A model generated the notes under the pieces. That model was not told where the DNA came from. It made no database searches and saw nothing but the letters and a program-made list of their open reading frames with translations. 51,662 nt of DNA from Rhodospirillaceae bacterium (GTDB lineage Bacteria; Pseudomonadota; Alphaproteobacteria; Rhodospirillales; Rhodospirillaceae). Location of the stretch: assembly GCA_016793085.1 (NCBI GenBank), contig JAEUKM010000271.1:1-51662 (forward strand), read 5' to 3'. This document shows positions 33,536 through 43,243 of the stretch, one piece after another (within the stretch, counting starts at the first letter, position 1; each line of letters begins with the position of its first letter). A program made the translations under genes and the position numbers.

Positions 33536-34068
33536 CTGATCGGGTATTCCGCCAGTGGAAAATAGGCCGAGCCCGATTTGCCCATTTTGCTTTCATAGAG
33601 AATGAAATGATCCACACCGACGGGACCGGCACGGAAAAGGTTGTGTGCCGCGATGAACTGCTGCACGCGGTCGGGGTTGGAGTCTTTTAAACGCGCGAGG
33701 GTAATGTGCGGCTTGAACTTGCGGGCTTCGCGCGGCTGTCCTGTACGCGCCACGGCGGATTCAACGCGGCCTTGCAGGATTTCAAGCTCAGGGGTTAGGG
33801 ACACGCGCATAATCAATGCGTGCGCCTTGAAGCCCTGGCCAAAGGTTTCAAGACCCAGGCCTTCATAAGCAAAAGGTTTTGATGTGACGCGCGCGAGTTC
33901 ATGGTGAATGTCCTCGGCCACGGTTTCGGACACTTCGCCGATGAAGCGTAAAGTGACATGCATGTTTTGTGGCTCGATCCAGCGCGCGCCGGGCATGTTG
34001 TCGGCCAAATCCGCCAGCTCCTCGGCGATATCTTCCGGCACGCTTAAGCCCACGAACAGCCGGATCAT
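33532..34068 (-). CDS. thpR: RNA 2',3'-cyclic phosphodiesterase (2H family)
   Basis: Two HxT/S motifs: HVTLRF and HITLAR. 178 aa. Confidence 0.88.
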   Translation of the reverse strand: MIRLFVGLSVPEDIAEELADLADNMPGARWIEPQNMHVTLRFIGEVSETVAEDIHHELARVTSKPFAYEGLGLETFGQGFKAHALIMRVSLTPELEILQGRVESAVARTGQPREARKFKPHITLARLKDSNPDRVQQFIAAHNLFRAGPVGVDHFILYESKMGKSGSAYFPLAEYPIS

Positions 34069-34087
34069 GGTTACACTACGCCCATGA

Positions 34088-35251
34088 TTAGAGTGCCTGA
34101 TCGAGGAACACCGACAGCACGCCGGTATAACCGTACAGACGCCGCCCGCTGATTTCGCCGTTGGCGAAAAACCCCACCAGCGGAAACTCGCCCAGCACGC
34201 GCGTGATCATCTGCGCCTCGGCGCCGACGTGGCCGAACATCTGCGCGCCGCGCGCCACGCACGACACGTAATGCCCGCCCAAAATACGTCTGTTTCCGAT
34301 GCGTTTTTTCAAGTCTTCCAGCGCGCGGTTAAAATCGGCCTGGGCGCTGGCGGGGTCGCGGCGCACGAACATCAATGTATCACCGGGGTTCAGGTCGGCC
34401 CCGACGGCGATCAGCCCCGACTTGGGATCGATACCCATAAGATTGCGCACGGCGTAATCGCGCACGTCGCTGTCGCTGACGGGAAGGGCCACATGAATGT
34501 AGCCCGCGATGCGGCGCAGATCGCGCGCCAGCATTTCGCCGACGTTGTCCTTCAGCACGTCGAGCGCCGGTTTTCCATTGAGTTCGGCGATGACCCCGCG
34601 CCGGCCCGCGGTGACCTTATGCACCGGGCCCAAAGGCGTGCAGCCTTGCGACAATGTGACAGCCACCGCCACACGCGATGAAAGCAGCACGCCCGACAGA
34701 CCGCCTGTTACCGCACCATCGGCCATCTGCATCGGCTGGTGCGCCGCGGGCGTAAGCCCGCCCACGACATAGCCGCCGCCCACATCGTCATCCATGAGCG
34801 CGCCGATCATGGCGTCCAGTTGCGCATTGCGCGGATCGGCATGGATAATGCCGAACACCGGCGCGTTCATGCGGCACCAGGGTGTGGTGGCCGTGGTGCG
34901 TGCGCTGGCCTCGTCCAGCAACCCCGGCAACACGGCCACATCATCCGCCGCGAAAGGGGCGACCATGGCCGTCACGGCGGGGTCGCGCTGCACTTCCTGC
35001 CCCGGCATGAAAATGCCGAAGCTGGCGCAGCCGGCCCACTGCGCAACGCCTAATCTCTGCTTTAGGGTCGCGGCCATGTCGGGCAGATGTTCGGCCCAGG
35101 GTTCCGTGACGTAGATGAGGCCAAGGGCGCCCGCGGCCCCTTGCGCCGCCAGGGCATCGCCGACTTTTCTGATGGCCGCGCGCCAGTCGCCGCCTGCCGC
35201 AGCGCCTTGCGCGAAATGCCCCGCCGCGGATTGTGCCCGGGCGGTGTTCAT
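34088..35251 (-). CDS. FIST N/C domain signal-transduction protein
   Basis: 387 aa with no TM segment. The pattern (...GLIYVTEPW..., ...GFFANGEI...) resembles FIST_N + FIST_C. ATGA overlap with the upstream tesA-like gene. Confidence 0.75.
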   Translation of the reverse strand: MNTARAQSAAGHFAQGAAAGGDWRAAIRKVGDALAAQGAAGALGLIYVTEPWAEHLPDMAATLKQRLGVAQWAGCASFGIFMPGQEVQRDPAVTAMVAPFAADDVAVLPGLLDEASARTTATTPWCRMNAPVFGIIHADPRNAQLDAMIGALMDDDVGGGYVVGGLTPAAHQPMQMADGAVTGGLSGVLLSSRVAVAVTLSQGCTPLGPVHKVTAGRRGVIAELNGKPALDVLKDNVGEMLARDLRRIAGYIHVALPVSDSDVRDYAVRNLMGIDPKSGLIAVGADLNPGDTLMFVRRDPASAQADFNRALEDLKKRIGNRRILGGHYVSCVARGAQMFGHVGAEAQMITRVLGEFPLVGFFANGEISGRRLYGYTGVLSVFLDQAL

Positions 35252-35910
35252 GCGCCGCGCTGCTTTTGCACTTGGGTAATCAGTTTTTCCACCGACGGCA
35301 GAATTTTCTCCACAATCACCTTCACGCCTTGCGGGTTGGGGTGAATGCGGTCGGGCTGGTTCAGGGCTGGAATGCCCGCCACGCCATCCAGAAAGAACGG
35401 ATACAGCAGCACACCGTGCTTTTTTGCGACGCGCGGAAACACCGCATCGAACCGGGCCGCGTAATCGCGCCCCAGGTTGGGCGGGGCCAGCATGCCGGCC
35501 AGCAAGACGGGAATGTCATCTTTCCGGATGCGCGCCACCAGGCCGTCCAGGCTTTGCTCGGTCACAGCGGGGTCCACCGCGCGCAGGCCGTCGTTGCCGC
35601 CCAGCTCGACGATTACGGCATCGGGCTTGTCGGACAGCGACCAGTCGATGCGATTCAAGCCCCCCGTGGTGGTGTCGCCCGAGATACCGCCCGGCACGAT
35701 TGTCACATTGTGACCTTTGGCCTTCAGCGCGCGTTCCAACTGGGCGGGAAAGGCATCGGCAAGATCGGCGAGGCCGTAGCCAGCCGTTAAACTGTCGCCA
35801 AAGGCCAGGATGCGAATGGGCGGCTGATCCGCCGCAGTTACAGAGCCGTAACCAAATAGTTGCGCGATCACGATTGAAAGAGCTAGCGCCACGAAGCGGA
35901 GTTTTGTCAT
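35248..35910 (-). CDS. SGNH/GDSL arylesterase (TesA-like)
   Basis: Signal peptide MTKLRFVALALSIVIAQLFG, block I ILAFGDSLTAGYG, block III GGND, block V D.IHPN. Divergent from a ybbA/ybbP-type ABC pair, as in E. coli. Confidence 0.85.
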   Translation of the reverse strand: MTKLRFVALALSIVIAQLFGYGSVTAADQPPIRILAFGDSLTAGYGLADLADAFPAQLERALKAKGHNVTIVPGGISGDTTTGGLNRIDWSLSDKPDAVIVELGGNDGLRAVDPAVTEQSLDGLVARIRKDDIPVLLAGMLAPPNLGRDYAARFDAVFPRVAKKHGVLLYPFFLDGVAGIPALNQPDRIHPNPQGVKVIVEKILPSVEKLITQVQKQRGA

Positions 35911-35989
35911 CATTCGGCATCGCCACATGGTTACGTTTGACGTTAACAACGGCGCTTCCTTTCACGTTTTTTGGATATAGACCGGCCCG

Positions 35990-36697
35990 ATGACGATTTC
36001 GAATCCTGTTCCCGCCATTACGCTGGATAGCGTCCACCTGACATTGGACGGCCCGGCCGGACCGGTCAACATTTTGCGCGGCGTCGACCTGACCGTGCCC
36101 CAGGGCATGGCCTTGGGCGTGGTTGGGCCTTCGGGCTCGGGCAAGACAACCATGATCATGATCATCGCGGGGCTTGAGCGCGTGTCGAGCGGCCGCGTCA
36201 CCGTAGCCGGAACCGATTATGCGTCATTGAACGAGGACGGTTTGGCCCTGTTCCGGCGGGATAATGTCGGGATTGTGTTCCAGCAGTTCCACCTGATCCC
36301 CACCATGACGGCCTTGGAGAACGTGGCCGTGCCGCTGGAGTTCGCAGGCCGCACCGATGCCTTCGACCGCGCAGAGGCGCAATTAAAGCGGGTGGGCTTG
36401 GGCCACCGCATGGGCCACTACCCCGGCCAGCTCTCCGGCGGCGAACAGCAGCGCGTGGCCCTCGCGCGCGCCTTCGCCGTGGAGCCGAAAATTCTGCTGG
36501 CGGACGAACCCACCGGGAATCTCGACGGCGGCACCGGCCAGCAGATCATCGAACTGCTGTTCGAACTGCACGACCATCACAAGACAACGCTGGTGCTGAT
36601 CACGCATGACTTGAAGCTCGCTGGGCGCTGCGACCGGGTGGTGCGCATCGCCGACGGCCTGATTGCCGGCGAAGGCTTGAGCAAGGCCGCAGAGTAA
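35990..36697 (+). CDS. ABC transporter ATP-binding protein (YbbA/LolD-like)
   Basis: Walker [10 protein letters not shown], signature [14 protein letters not shown], Walker [12 protein letters not shown]. Confidence 0.9.
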   Translation: MTISNPVPAITLDSVHLTLDGPAGPVNILRGVDLTVPQGMALGVVGPSGSGKTTMIMIIAGLERVSSGRVTVAGTDYASLNEDGLALFRRDNVGIVFQQFHLIPTMTALENVAVPLEFAGRTDAFDRAEAQLKRVGLGHRMGHYPGQLSGGEQQRVALARAFAVEPKILLADEPTGNLDGGTGQQIIELLFELHDHHKTTLVLITHDLKLAGRCDRVVRIADGLIAGEGLSKAAE

Positions 36698-36716
36698 TAA
36701 ATTGGCGACGTAGTAA

Positions 36717-39266
36717 ATGACCATAACCTCCATCCCCATCCGCTTTGCCCTGCGCGAACTGCGCGGCGGCATTAAGGGCTTCCGCATTTTCCTGGCGTGC
36801 CTGGCCTTGGGCGTTGCGGCCATCGCCGGGGCGGGCTCGCTCAACGATGCGGTGAAAGCGGGCATTGAGGCCGATGCGCAGCCACTGTTGGGCGGCGACC
36901 TGCAAGCCCGCCACGAAACGCGCACACTGAATGATGATGAATTGGCCGCTTTGCGCGCAGCCGGCCCCGTCAGTTACCAGCTTCAACTGCGCTCCATGGC
37001 GCGGGTGGAAGACGACGCGGGCACCGTGCAGCAGCGCACGCTGGTGGAACTGAAAGCAGTGGACGAGGCCTACCCGCTCTACGGCGCGCTGGTTACCGAG
37101 CCGGCGCTGCCTTTACGCGACATTCTGGCCGAACGGAACGGCCGCTGGGGCACAGCCATCGACACGGCTCTGGCGCAGCGCTTAAGCATCGGCATCGGCG
37201 GCATCATCAAGCTGGGCGAGGCCTCGCTAGAGGTGCGCGCGCTAATCACCAAAGAACCCGACCGTGTTGTCACTTTCGCCACCACCGGCCCGCGCGTGAT
37301 GATTTCCGCCGATGCTGTCGCCGCCACACAATTGGTGCAGGTAGGCAGCCTTGTCACCCACGTCTACAACATCAAGGTTGAGAACGGCGCGGCGCAGGCC
37401 TTGCGCACCAAACTCAATGCCGATTTCCCCGACGCGGGCTGGCGCTTACGCGGCGTCAATCAGGCCGCGCAAGGCGTTGAGGCGTTCCTGGACAACGTGA
37501 CGCTGTTTTTAACGCTGGTAGGTATGACTGCGCTCTTGACCGGCGGCATCGGTGTGGCCAATGCCGTGCGCGCCTACATGATGGGGCGCATCAACACGAT
37601 CGCCACGCTGAAATGCTTAGGCGCACCTGCTGAGACTGTATTCCGCATGTACCTGGTGCAGATCGGCATTCTGTCGGCGCTGGGCATTTTCATTGGCCTG
37701 GTGGTGGGTGCGATTATTCCCTTAGCGGCGGGCCGCGCGCTGGATGGCGTTTTGCCGGTGAATGCGCAGTTCGGCGTCTATCCCGGCTCGCTGTTGAAGG
37801 CGTTCGTCTTCGGGATTCTCACCGCTTCTGTTTTCGCACTGTGGCCGCTGGCGCGGGCCCGCGACATTCCGCCCGTGGCGCTGTTCCGCAATCTGCTTGC
37901 GCCCGCCCGCGCCTGGCCCCGGCGGCGATACCTGGCAGCACTCGCTGTCCTCGCCACGGCGCTGGCTGCCTACACCATCGGCACCGCCGAGCAGCCGCGC
38001 TACGCCACTTTCTTTGTCGTCGGCACCACCGTGGCCATGCTGCTGTTCGCGGGCGCCGCCAAAGGCGTGATGACGCTGGCCCGCACGCTCAGCGCCGGAC
38101 GGGGCGGGGCCGTGGCCGGAAAACCCACGTTACGTTTGGCCTTGTCGAACCTCTACCGCCCCGGTGCCCCCACCACATCCGTCGTGCTGTCGTTGGGCTT
38201 AGGATTATCGGTACTGGTGGCCATCGCGCTTGTTCAAAGTAATTTGAATGCGCGGCTGAGCGAAGGCATCCCCAACGATGCGCCGAGCATGTTCTTCATC
38301 GACATCCAGACCCCGCAAGTGGACACCTTCAAGCAAACCGTGCAGGCAGTGCCCGGCGTGAACAAGATCATCACCGCGGCCATGATCCGCGGGCGCATCA
38401 CCAGCATCAACGGCGTCGATGTAGACAAGGCCACCATCGATCCCGACAGCCGCTGGGCCGTGCGTGGTGAACGCGGCGTGTCGTACGCCGCCGAACTGCC
38501 CGAGAACGCCAAGCTAGTGCAGGGCCAGTGGTGGCCCGCCGATTACGCGGGCGAGAATCTGGTGTCGATGGACGAGCGGGTCGCCAAGGGCATGAACCTG
38601 AAGCTGGGCGACTCCCTGGGCCTGACGATTCTGGGCCGCGAGATCACGGCGAAACTGGCCAACACCCGTGACATCCGCTGGCAGTCGGGCACCATGAACT
38701 TCACGCTGATCTATTCGCCGGGCGCCATGGCCGGGGCGCCGGGAATGCACATTGCCACCGTCAACGCCAATCCCGGCACGGAAGCGGCCGTTGAAAACGC
38801 CGTGCTGGAGGTGATGCCCAACGTGACGGTGATCCAGGTGCGCGATGCCGTGCAGATGCTGAAAGACGTGCTGGACAGCTTAAGTGTCGCCGTTCGCATC
38901 ACGGCTGCTGTAGCGCTGGTGGCCGGTGCCTTGGTGCTGGCAGGCGCCATCGCCGCCGGGCATGCGCGGCGTATTTATGAATCCGTGGTGCTGAAAGTGC
39001 TGGGGGCCACGCGCGTCAACGTGCTCTCGGCTTTCTTGTTCGAATACTGCCTTTTGGGCCTGGCCACGGGCGGGATCGCCGTCGGCGTGGGCGCGCTCGC
39101 CTCCTGGGCCGTGGTAGTGCACATCATGAAGCTCGAATGGCAAATGGGTTATGCCCTTGCGATCGGCGTGGTGGTGGTGTGCATCGCCGTGACCCTGATG
39201 GCGGGCTTTGCCGGCACCTGGCGGGCCTTGGGCATTAAAGCAGCGCCGCTCCTGCGCAATGACTAG
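36717..39266 (+). CDS. FtsX-like ABC transporter permease (YbbP-like)
   Basis: 849 aa, two FtsX-type 4-TM modules separated by large periplasmic regions. Directly follows the ATPase gene. Confidence 0.9.
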   Translation: MTITSIPIRFALRELRGGIKGFRIFLACLALGVAAIAGAGSLNDAVKAGIEADAQPLLGGDLQARHETRTLNDDELAALRAAGPVSYQLQLRSMARVEDDAGTVQQRTLVELKAVDEAYPLYGALVTEPALPLRDILAERNGRWGTAIDTALAQRLSIGIGGIIKLGEASLEVRALITKEPDRVVTFATTGPRVMISADAVAATQLVQVGSLVTHVYNIKVENGAAQALRTKLNADFPDAGWRLRGVNQAAQGVEAFLDNVTLFLTLVGMTALLTGGIGVANAVRAYMMGRINTIATLKCLGAPAETVFRMYLVQIGILSALGIFIGLVVGAIIPLAAGRALDGVLPVNAQFGVYPGSLLKAFVFGILTASVFALWPLARARDIPPVALFRNLLAPARAWPRRRYLAALAVLATALAAYTIGTAEQPRYATFFVVGTTVAMLLFAGAAKGVMTLARTLSAGRGGAVAGKPTLRLALSNLYRPGAPTTSVVLSLGLGLSVLVAIALVQSNLNARLSEGIPNDAPSMFFIDIQTPQVDTFKQTVQAVPGVNKIITAAMIRGRITSINGVDVDKATIDPDSRWAVRGERGVSYAAELPENAKLVQGQWWPADYAGENLVSMDERVAKGMNLKLGDSLGLTILGREITAKLANTRDIRWQSGTMNFTLIYSPGAMAGAPGMHIATVNANPGTEAAVENAVLEVMPNVTVIQVRDAVQMLKDVLDSLSVAVRITAAVALVAGALVLAGAIAAGHARRIYESVVLKVLGATRVNVLSAFLFEYCLLGLATGGIAVGVGALASWAVVVHIMKLEWQMGYALAIGVVVVCIAVTLMAGFAGTWRALGIKAAPLLRND

Positions 39267-39339
39267 CGCTGCAAGCGCTCCAAAACCCTCAATAACCCGT
39301 TGGTCTGCCTTGTCTTTTTGGCGGTCTGGCCAGATGAAG

Positions 39340-39463
39340 ATTGCGTGAGCGGAACCGATTCCGGTTGAACTTGGGGCCCACCGACACAATATTAAAGCCA
39401 ACCGGTGGGGGTCGGCTGTCCGACCCTCGAATTCCGGTGACTGTTTATTGAAAGAGGACACAC
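39340..39463 (+). ncRNA. structured 5' leader of the BI-1 gene (candidate ybhL-leader motif)
   Basis: 197-nt non-coding gap. Hairpins: AACCG-ATTC-CGGTT, CCCACCG/CGGTGGG (39377-39383 / 39403-39409), and GGGTCGG-CTGT-CCGACCC (39409-39426). A ybhL RNA motif is described upstream of BI-1/ybhL genes in alphaproteobacteria. I cannot verify the consensus from memory. Confidence 0.35.
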
Positions 39464-40219
39464 ATGGCTGATTTAGATCGCAGGGCTGCGGGCGCGTCGT
39501 ACGGTACGGCGACCTGGGGTCAGACTGCCGCCGCCGACATCGATGTCGGCCTGCGGCAATACATGCTGCGGGTCTACAACTACATGGCGTCGGGCCTGCT
39601 GCTCAGCGGCATCGTCGCTGTTGTGGTGGCGAACACCGGGCTCGCGGAACTCTTTTTCCAAGTGAACGCCAACGGCCGCTTGGGCTACACGGGGCTCGGC
39701 TTCATCGCCATGTTCGCGCCCTTGGGCATCATCCTGGCCATGAGCTTCATGCGCAACATCAGCATTGCCGGCCTGCAGGGCTTGTACTGGGCGCTGGTGA
39801 GCACCATGGGCGTGGGCTTTGCCGTGGCGCTGATGACCTACACCGGCACCAGCGTGGCGCGTGTGTTTTTCATCACCGCCGCCTCCTTCGGCGCGCTCAG
39901 CCTTTACGGCTACACCACCAAGCGCAGCCTGTCGGGCATGGGCTCGTTCCTGTTCATGGGCCTCATCGGCATCGTGCTCGCGAGCGTGGTGAACATCTTC
40001 CTCGCCAGCTCGATGATGCATTTCATGATCTCGGCGGTGGGTGTGATCGTGTTCGCAGGCCTGATTGCCTACGACACGCAGAACATCAAGAACCAGTACC
40101 TCGAGATCCGCGGCTCCGGGCTTGAAGACCGTTCGGCGATCATGGGCGCCGTGAGCCTGTACCTGAACTTCGTCAACCTTTTCCAATTCCTGCTCTCGTT
40201 TCTGGGCAACCGCGAATAG
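39464..40219 (+). CDS. Bax inhibitor-1/YccA family membrane protein
   Basis: 251 aa, 7 TM segments, LRQYMLRVYNYM near the N-terminus and YDTQ... in the C-terminal part. RBS AAGAGGA. Confidence 0.9.
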   Translation: MADLDRRAAGASYGTATWGQTAAADIDVGLRQYMLRVYNYMASGLLLSGIVAVVVANTGLAELFFQVNANGRLGYTGLGFIAMFAPLGIILAMSFMRNISIAGLQGLYWALVSTMGVGFAVALMTYTGTSVARVFFITAASFGALSLYGYTTKRSLSGMGSFLFMGLIGIVLASVVNIFLASSMMHFMISAVGVIVFAGLIAYDTQNIKNQYLEIRGSGLEDRSAIMGAVSLYLNFVNLFQFLLSFLGNRE

Positions 40220-40243
40220 GCGGACGAAAGCACATCAAACAAA

Positions 40244-40273
40244 AACCCCGGACCGAAAGGCCCGGGGTTTTTT
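40244..40273. terminator. bidirectional intrinsic terminator
   Basis: AACCCCGG/CCGGGGTT stem with inner CC-GAAA-GG, flanked by an A5 run on the left and a T6 run on the right. It can terminate both the BI-1 gene (+) and tRNA-Thr (-). Confidence 0.85.
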
Positions 40274-40295
40274 GTTGAGCGCGAGAAACTGGAAA

Positions 40296-40370
<75 letters not shown>

Positions 40371-40630
40371 ATTTTGATCGGGCGGGTTTAAGCTTTGGCG
40401 GGCGGGCCCCGGAGCAACAATAAGAGCAACAACAGCCCCGTCGATCAGGACCCCGCTAAAAGCGGCGGGACCATAGGCGGTTCGCGGCCTTTGTGCAAGC
40501 AGCGTAACACGCTGGAATTAAAGCTTTCTTGACGCATTGGCTGGTGTGGGCCCGAGTTGGGCCGGCCCCGAAAGTGGGCTATGGTCGGCCGGCGCTTCCT
40601 CTTGTCCCGCTTACCAGTACCGGTCTTTCC

Positions 40631-41902
40631 ATGAGCCCCGCTGCCGCTCCACCTGCCGCCGATGCCGCCGCCAACGTGGCTGCCGAAGTGGCTGTCGTGG
40701 GTGGCGGGCTGGTGGGCGGGGCCTTGGGCCTGGGGCTGGCGCGACACGGCGTGAAGACCGTGGTGATCGACAAGCTGCACCCCACAGCCGGCATCAGCCC
40801 CACGTTCGACGGGCGTGCCTCGGCCATCGCGGCGGCGGGCCATAAATTGTTGGAGGGTGTGGGCTTGTGGGCGCACCTGGCCGAGAAGGCTGAACCCATT
40901 CTGGACATACGGGTGTCCGATGGGTCGTCGTTGCTGTTTCTGCATTACGACCACCGCGCGCTGGGCGACGGCGTTACGAACGAAGGCCCCCTGGGCTACA
41001 TGCTGGAGAACCGCCACCTGCGCGACGCCATCGCGCGCGGGCTCGAGAGCGCGCACGGAAATCTGACGGTGATCGCCCCCGACACCGTGCAAGGCCTGTC
41101 GCAATCGGCCGACGCCGCCACCCTGACGCTGGCAAGCGGGCGCACGGTAACGGCCAAACTGGTGGTGGCCGCCGAAGGGCGCACATCTGCCTTGCGCGAC
41201 GCGGCGGGCATTGCGCTTACGGGCTGGGATTATCCGCAAACGGCCATTGTCGCCACCATCGGGCACGAGCGCCCGCACCAGGGCATTGCGCACGAGCGTT
41301 TTTTAACGGCGGGGCCCTTCGCTATTCTGCCTTTGAAGGGCGGGCATCAGTCATCGCTGGTGTGGACGGAAGCGGCACATCTGGCGCAGCACTACCTGGC
41401 CCTGAACGATGCGGATTTCATCGCCGCCATCGACGAGCGCGTGGGAGGCTTTTTAGGGCAATTGACGCTGGTCGGCCCGCGCTTCAGCTATCCCCTGGGC
41501 GTGCAGTTCGCGCACACCTACGTCAAAAGCCGCCTGGCCCTGATCGGCGATGCGGCGCACGCCATTCATCCCATCGCGGGGCAGGGCCTGAACCTTGGCT
41601 TGCGCGACGTGGGTGCGCTGATCGAAGCCATAGTGGACGCCAAACGCTTAGGGTTGGAGCCCGCCCATGCCTCGGTGCTGGAGCGTTACGAACGCTGGCG
41701 GCGCGCCGACAACCTGCTGATGGCGGGCGTCACCGACGCGCTGAACCGGCTTTTCTCCAACGACATCGCGCCCATCCGCATCGCCCGGGATTTGGGCTTG
41801 GGCATCGTCAACCGCATTCCGCCCTTGAAGAAATTCTTCATGCGTCACGCCATGGGCACGGTGGGCGATCTGCCCAAACTGCTGCGCGGCGAAGCGTTAT
41901 AG
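40631..41902 (+). CDS. UbiH/UbiF/VisC/COQ6 family ubiquinone biosynthesis hydroxylase
   Basis: FAD dinucleotide fold VAVVGGGLVGGALGLGLARHG, and the GDAAHAIHPIAGQGLNLGLRD motif. ATG at 40631 chosen (MSPAAAPP...). Confidence 0.85.
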   Translation: MSPAAAPPAADAAANVAAEVAVVGGGLVGGALGLGLARHGVKTVVIDKLHPTAGISPTFDGRASAIAAAGHKLLEGVGLWAHLAEKAEPILDIRVSDGSSLLFLHYDHRALGDGVTNEGPLGYMLENRHLRDAIARGLESAHGNLTVIAPDTVQGLSQSADAATLTLASGRTVTAKLVVAAEGRTSALRDAAGIALTGWDYPQTAIVATIGHERPHQGIAHERFLTAGPFAILPLKGGHQSSLVWTEAAHLAQHYLALNDADFIAAIDERVGGFLGQLTLVGPRFSYPLGVQFAHTYVKSRLALIGDAAHAIHPIAGQGLNLGLRDVGALIEAIVDAKRLGLEPAHASVLERYERWRRADNLLMAGVTDALNRLFSNDIAPIRIARDLGLGIVNRIPPLKKFFMRHAMGTVGDLPKLLRGEAL

Positions 41903-41911
41903 AGTTTTATT

Positions 41912-42277
41912 TCAGGGTTCGCGTTTAAGCCCGCGCGCCTTCAAGCCTTCAAGATACGTCTGCCAGCGTTCAGCGTAGTCGCGACCCAATTCATAAAAAT
42001 AGCGCCAGGAATATATGCCGGTGTCGTGCAGATCATCGAAGATAATGCGCACGGCATAATTGCCCACGGGCTCCATGTCGATGATGCCCACGTGCGCGCG
42101 GCCGGGCACGAACTGCCGTTCGGCGGGGTTGTGGCCCTGCACCTCGGCCGAGGGGCTTTCGACGCGTAAGTATTCCGCCGGGAGTTCGAACACACGGTCG
42201 TTGTCGAAGGCGATGCGGACGGTCTTAGCGGCCGGATCGTAGTTGATCTCGGTCGGCCATGGTTCCTGACCGGTCAT
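41912..42277 (-). CDS. DUF971 domain protein
   Basis: 121 aa. ...LRVESPSAEVQGH...VGNYAVRIIFDDLHDTGIYSW.YF..L pattern of the gamma-butyrobetaine-hydroxylase-like N-terminal domain family. Confidence 0.8.
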   Translation of the reverse strand: MTGQEPWPTEINYDPAAKTVRIAFDNDRVFELPAEYLRVESPSAEVQGHNPAERQFVPGRAHVGIIDMEPVGNYAVRIIFDDLHDTGIYSWRYFYELGRDYAERWQTYLEGLKARGLKREP

Positions 42278-42280
42278 AAG

Positions 42281-42469
42281 TTACGCATCAAGTTTGCGCG
42301 CTTCGTCGGCCAGCATGATGGGGATGCCGTCGCGCACCGGGTAGGCCAGGCCCGCCTTTTTGCTCACCAGTTCCTGCTTGGCGCGGTCGTACTCCAGGGG
42401 GCCCTTGGTGAGCGGGCAGACCAGAATTTCCAAGAGCTTCGGATCGACTTCGGTGGCCATGGGATTCAT
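42281..42469 (-). CDS. Trm112 family protein (UPF0434)
   Basis: [20 protein letters not shown]...[13 protein letters not shown]. Start uncertain (ATG at 42467-42469 or 42458-42460; the track's 42472 is GTG). Confidence 0.85.
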   Translation of the reverse strand: MNPMATEVDPKLLEILVCPLTKGPLEYDRAKQELVSKKAGLAYPVRDGIPIMLADEARKLDA

Positions 42470-42509
42470 CACATATATTAATTACAGGCGCTTGGTTATT
42501 GGCGCTTGA

Positions 42510-43226
42510 TTACTGGCGCGGGCCGTCGGGCTTGCCGCTGGCATCGAACACGCCCATTTGCAGCAGCGTCATCAGGGTTTCGGCGCGCGCCTGCAGCGTC
42601 GGGCTTTCAAGCAACGCCTGCTTCTCGCGCGGGTCGAAGGGGCAGATCATGCACAGCGAGGTCACCAGTGTCGTGTCCGATAAATTCTTGATGACGTCGA
42701 TATTCACTTTCATGCCCTGGGCATCGAGATAAGGCTTTAAGCGCTCCATCAGCGTGTCGCGGTCAAGATCGATCTTGGGCGCGTCCTGCATGTCGGCCTG
42801 GAATTCGCCGTACTGCGGGCGCACGCGCCGGTAGCCGCGCTGGCCCGTCAGTTCCTCGGCGACACGGAAGCGGATAAGACCCTTCAGCGACACCAAGAGC
42901 CGCCCGTCATCGGTTTCTTCAAAAGAGGCGATGCGCCCGGCGCAGCCCACCGAATAGATGGGCGGTTCCGTGGGCAGGGTGATGATGTTGCTGTCCGAGC
43001 CCGCGATTTCCGCCGTGGCGCGTGCACGGTTCAGCTTGGTCTGGTCCGGCTGGATCATGCCGAAGATGCGGCCCGACTTCAGCGCATCCAGCGTCATGTT
43101 GAGATAACGCGGCTCGAAAATGTTGAGCGGCAAACGGCCCCAAGGCAGCAGCAGCGCCCCCGGCAACGGAAACACCGCCAGCTCCTCGGGCAGGTCTTCG
43201 TAGCGGGTTTGCGTAGGGCTGCGCAT
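42510..43226 (-). CDS. LON peptidase substrate-binding (Lon N-terminal) domain protein
   Basis: LAVFPLPGALLLPWGRLPLNIFEPRYLNM is typical of the Lon N-domain. No ATPase or protease part. 238 aa. Confidence 0.85.
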   Translation of the reverse strand: MRSPTQTRYEDLPEELAVFPLPGALLLPWGRLPLNIFEPRYLNMTLDALKSGRIFGMIQPDQTKLNRARATAEIAGSDSNIITLPTEPPIYSVGCAGRIASFEETDDGRLLVSLKGLIRFRVAEELTGQRGYRRVRPQYGEFQADMQDAPKIDLDRDTLMERLKPYLDAQGMKVNIDVIKNLSDTTLVTSLCMICPFDPREKQALLESPTLQARAETLMTLLQMGVFDASGKPDGPRQ

Positions 43227-43243
43227 GACGCCTTAAGTCTACA

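Noticed and set aside
40445-41293. 282-aa minus-strand ORF opposite the UbiH-family gene
   Set aside because: Antisense artefact with an Arg/Gly-rich composition. The plus frame has FAD-binding motifs.
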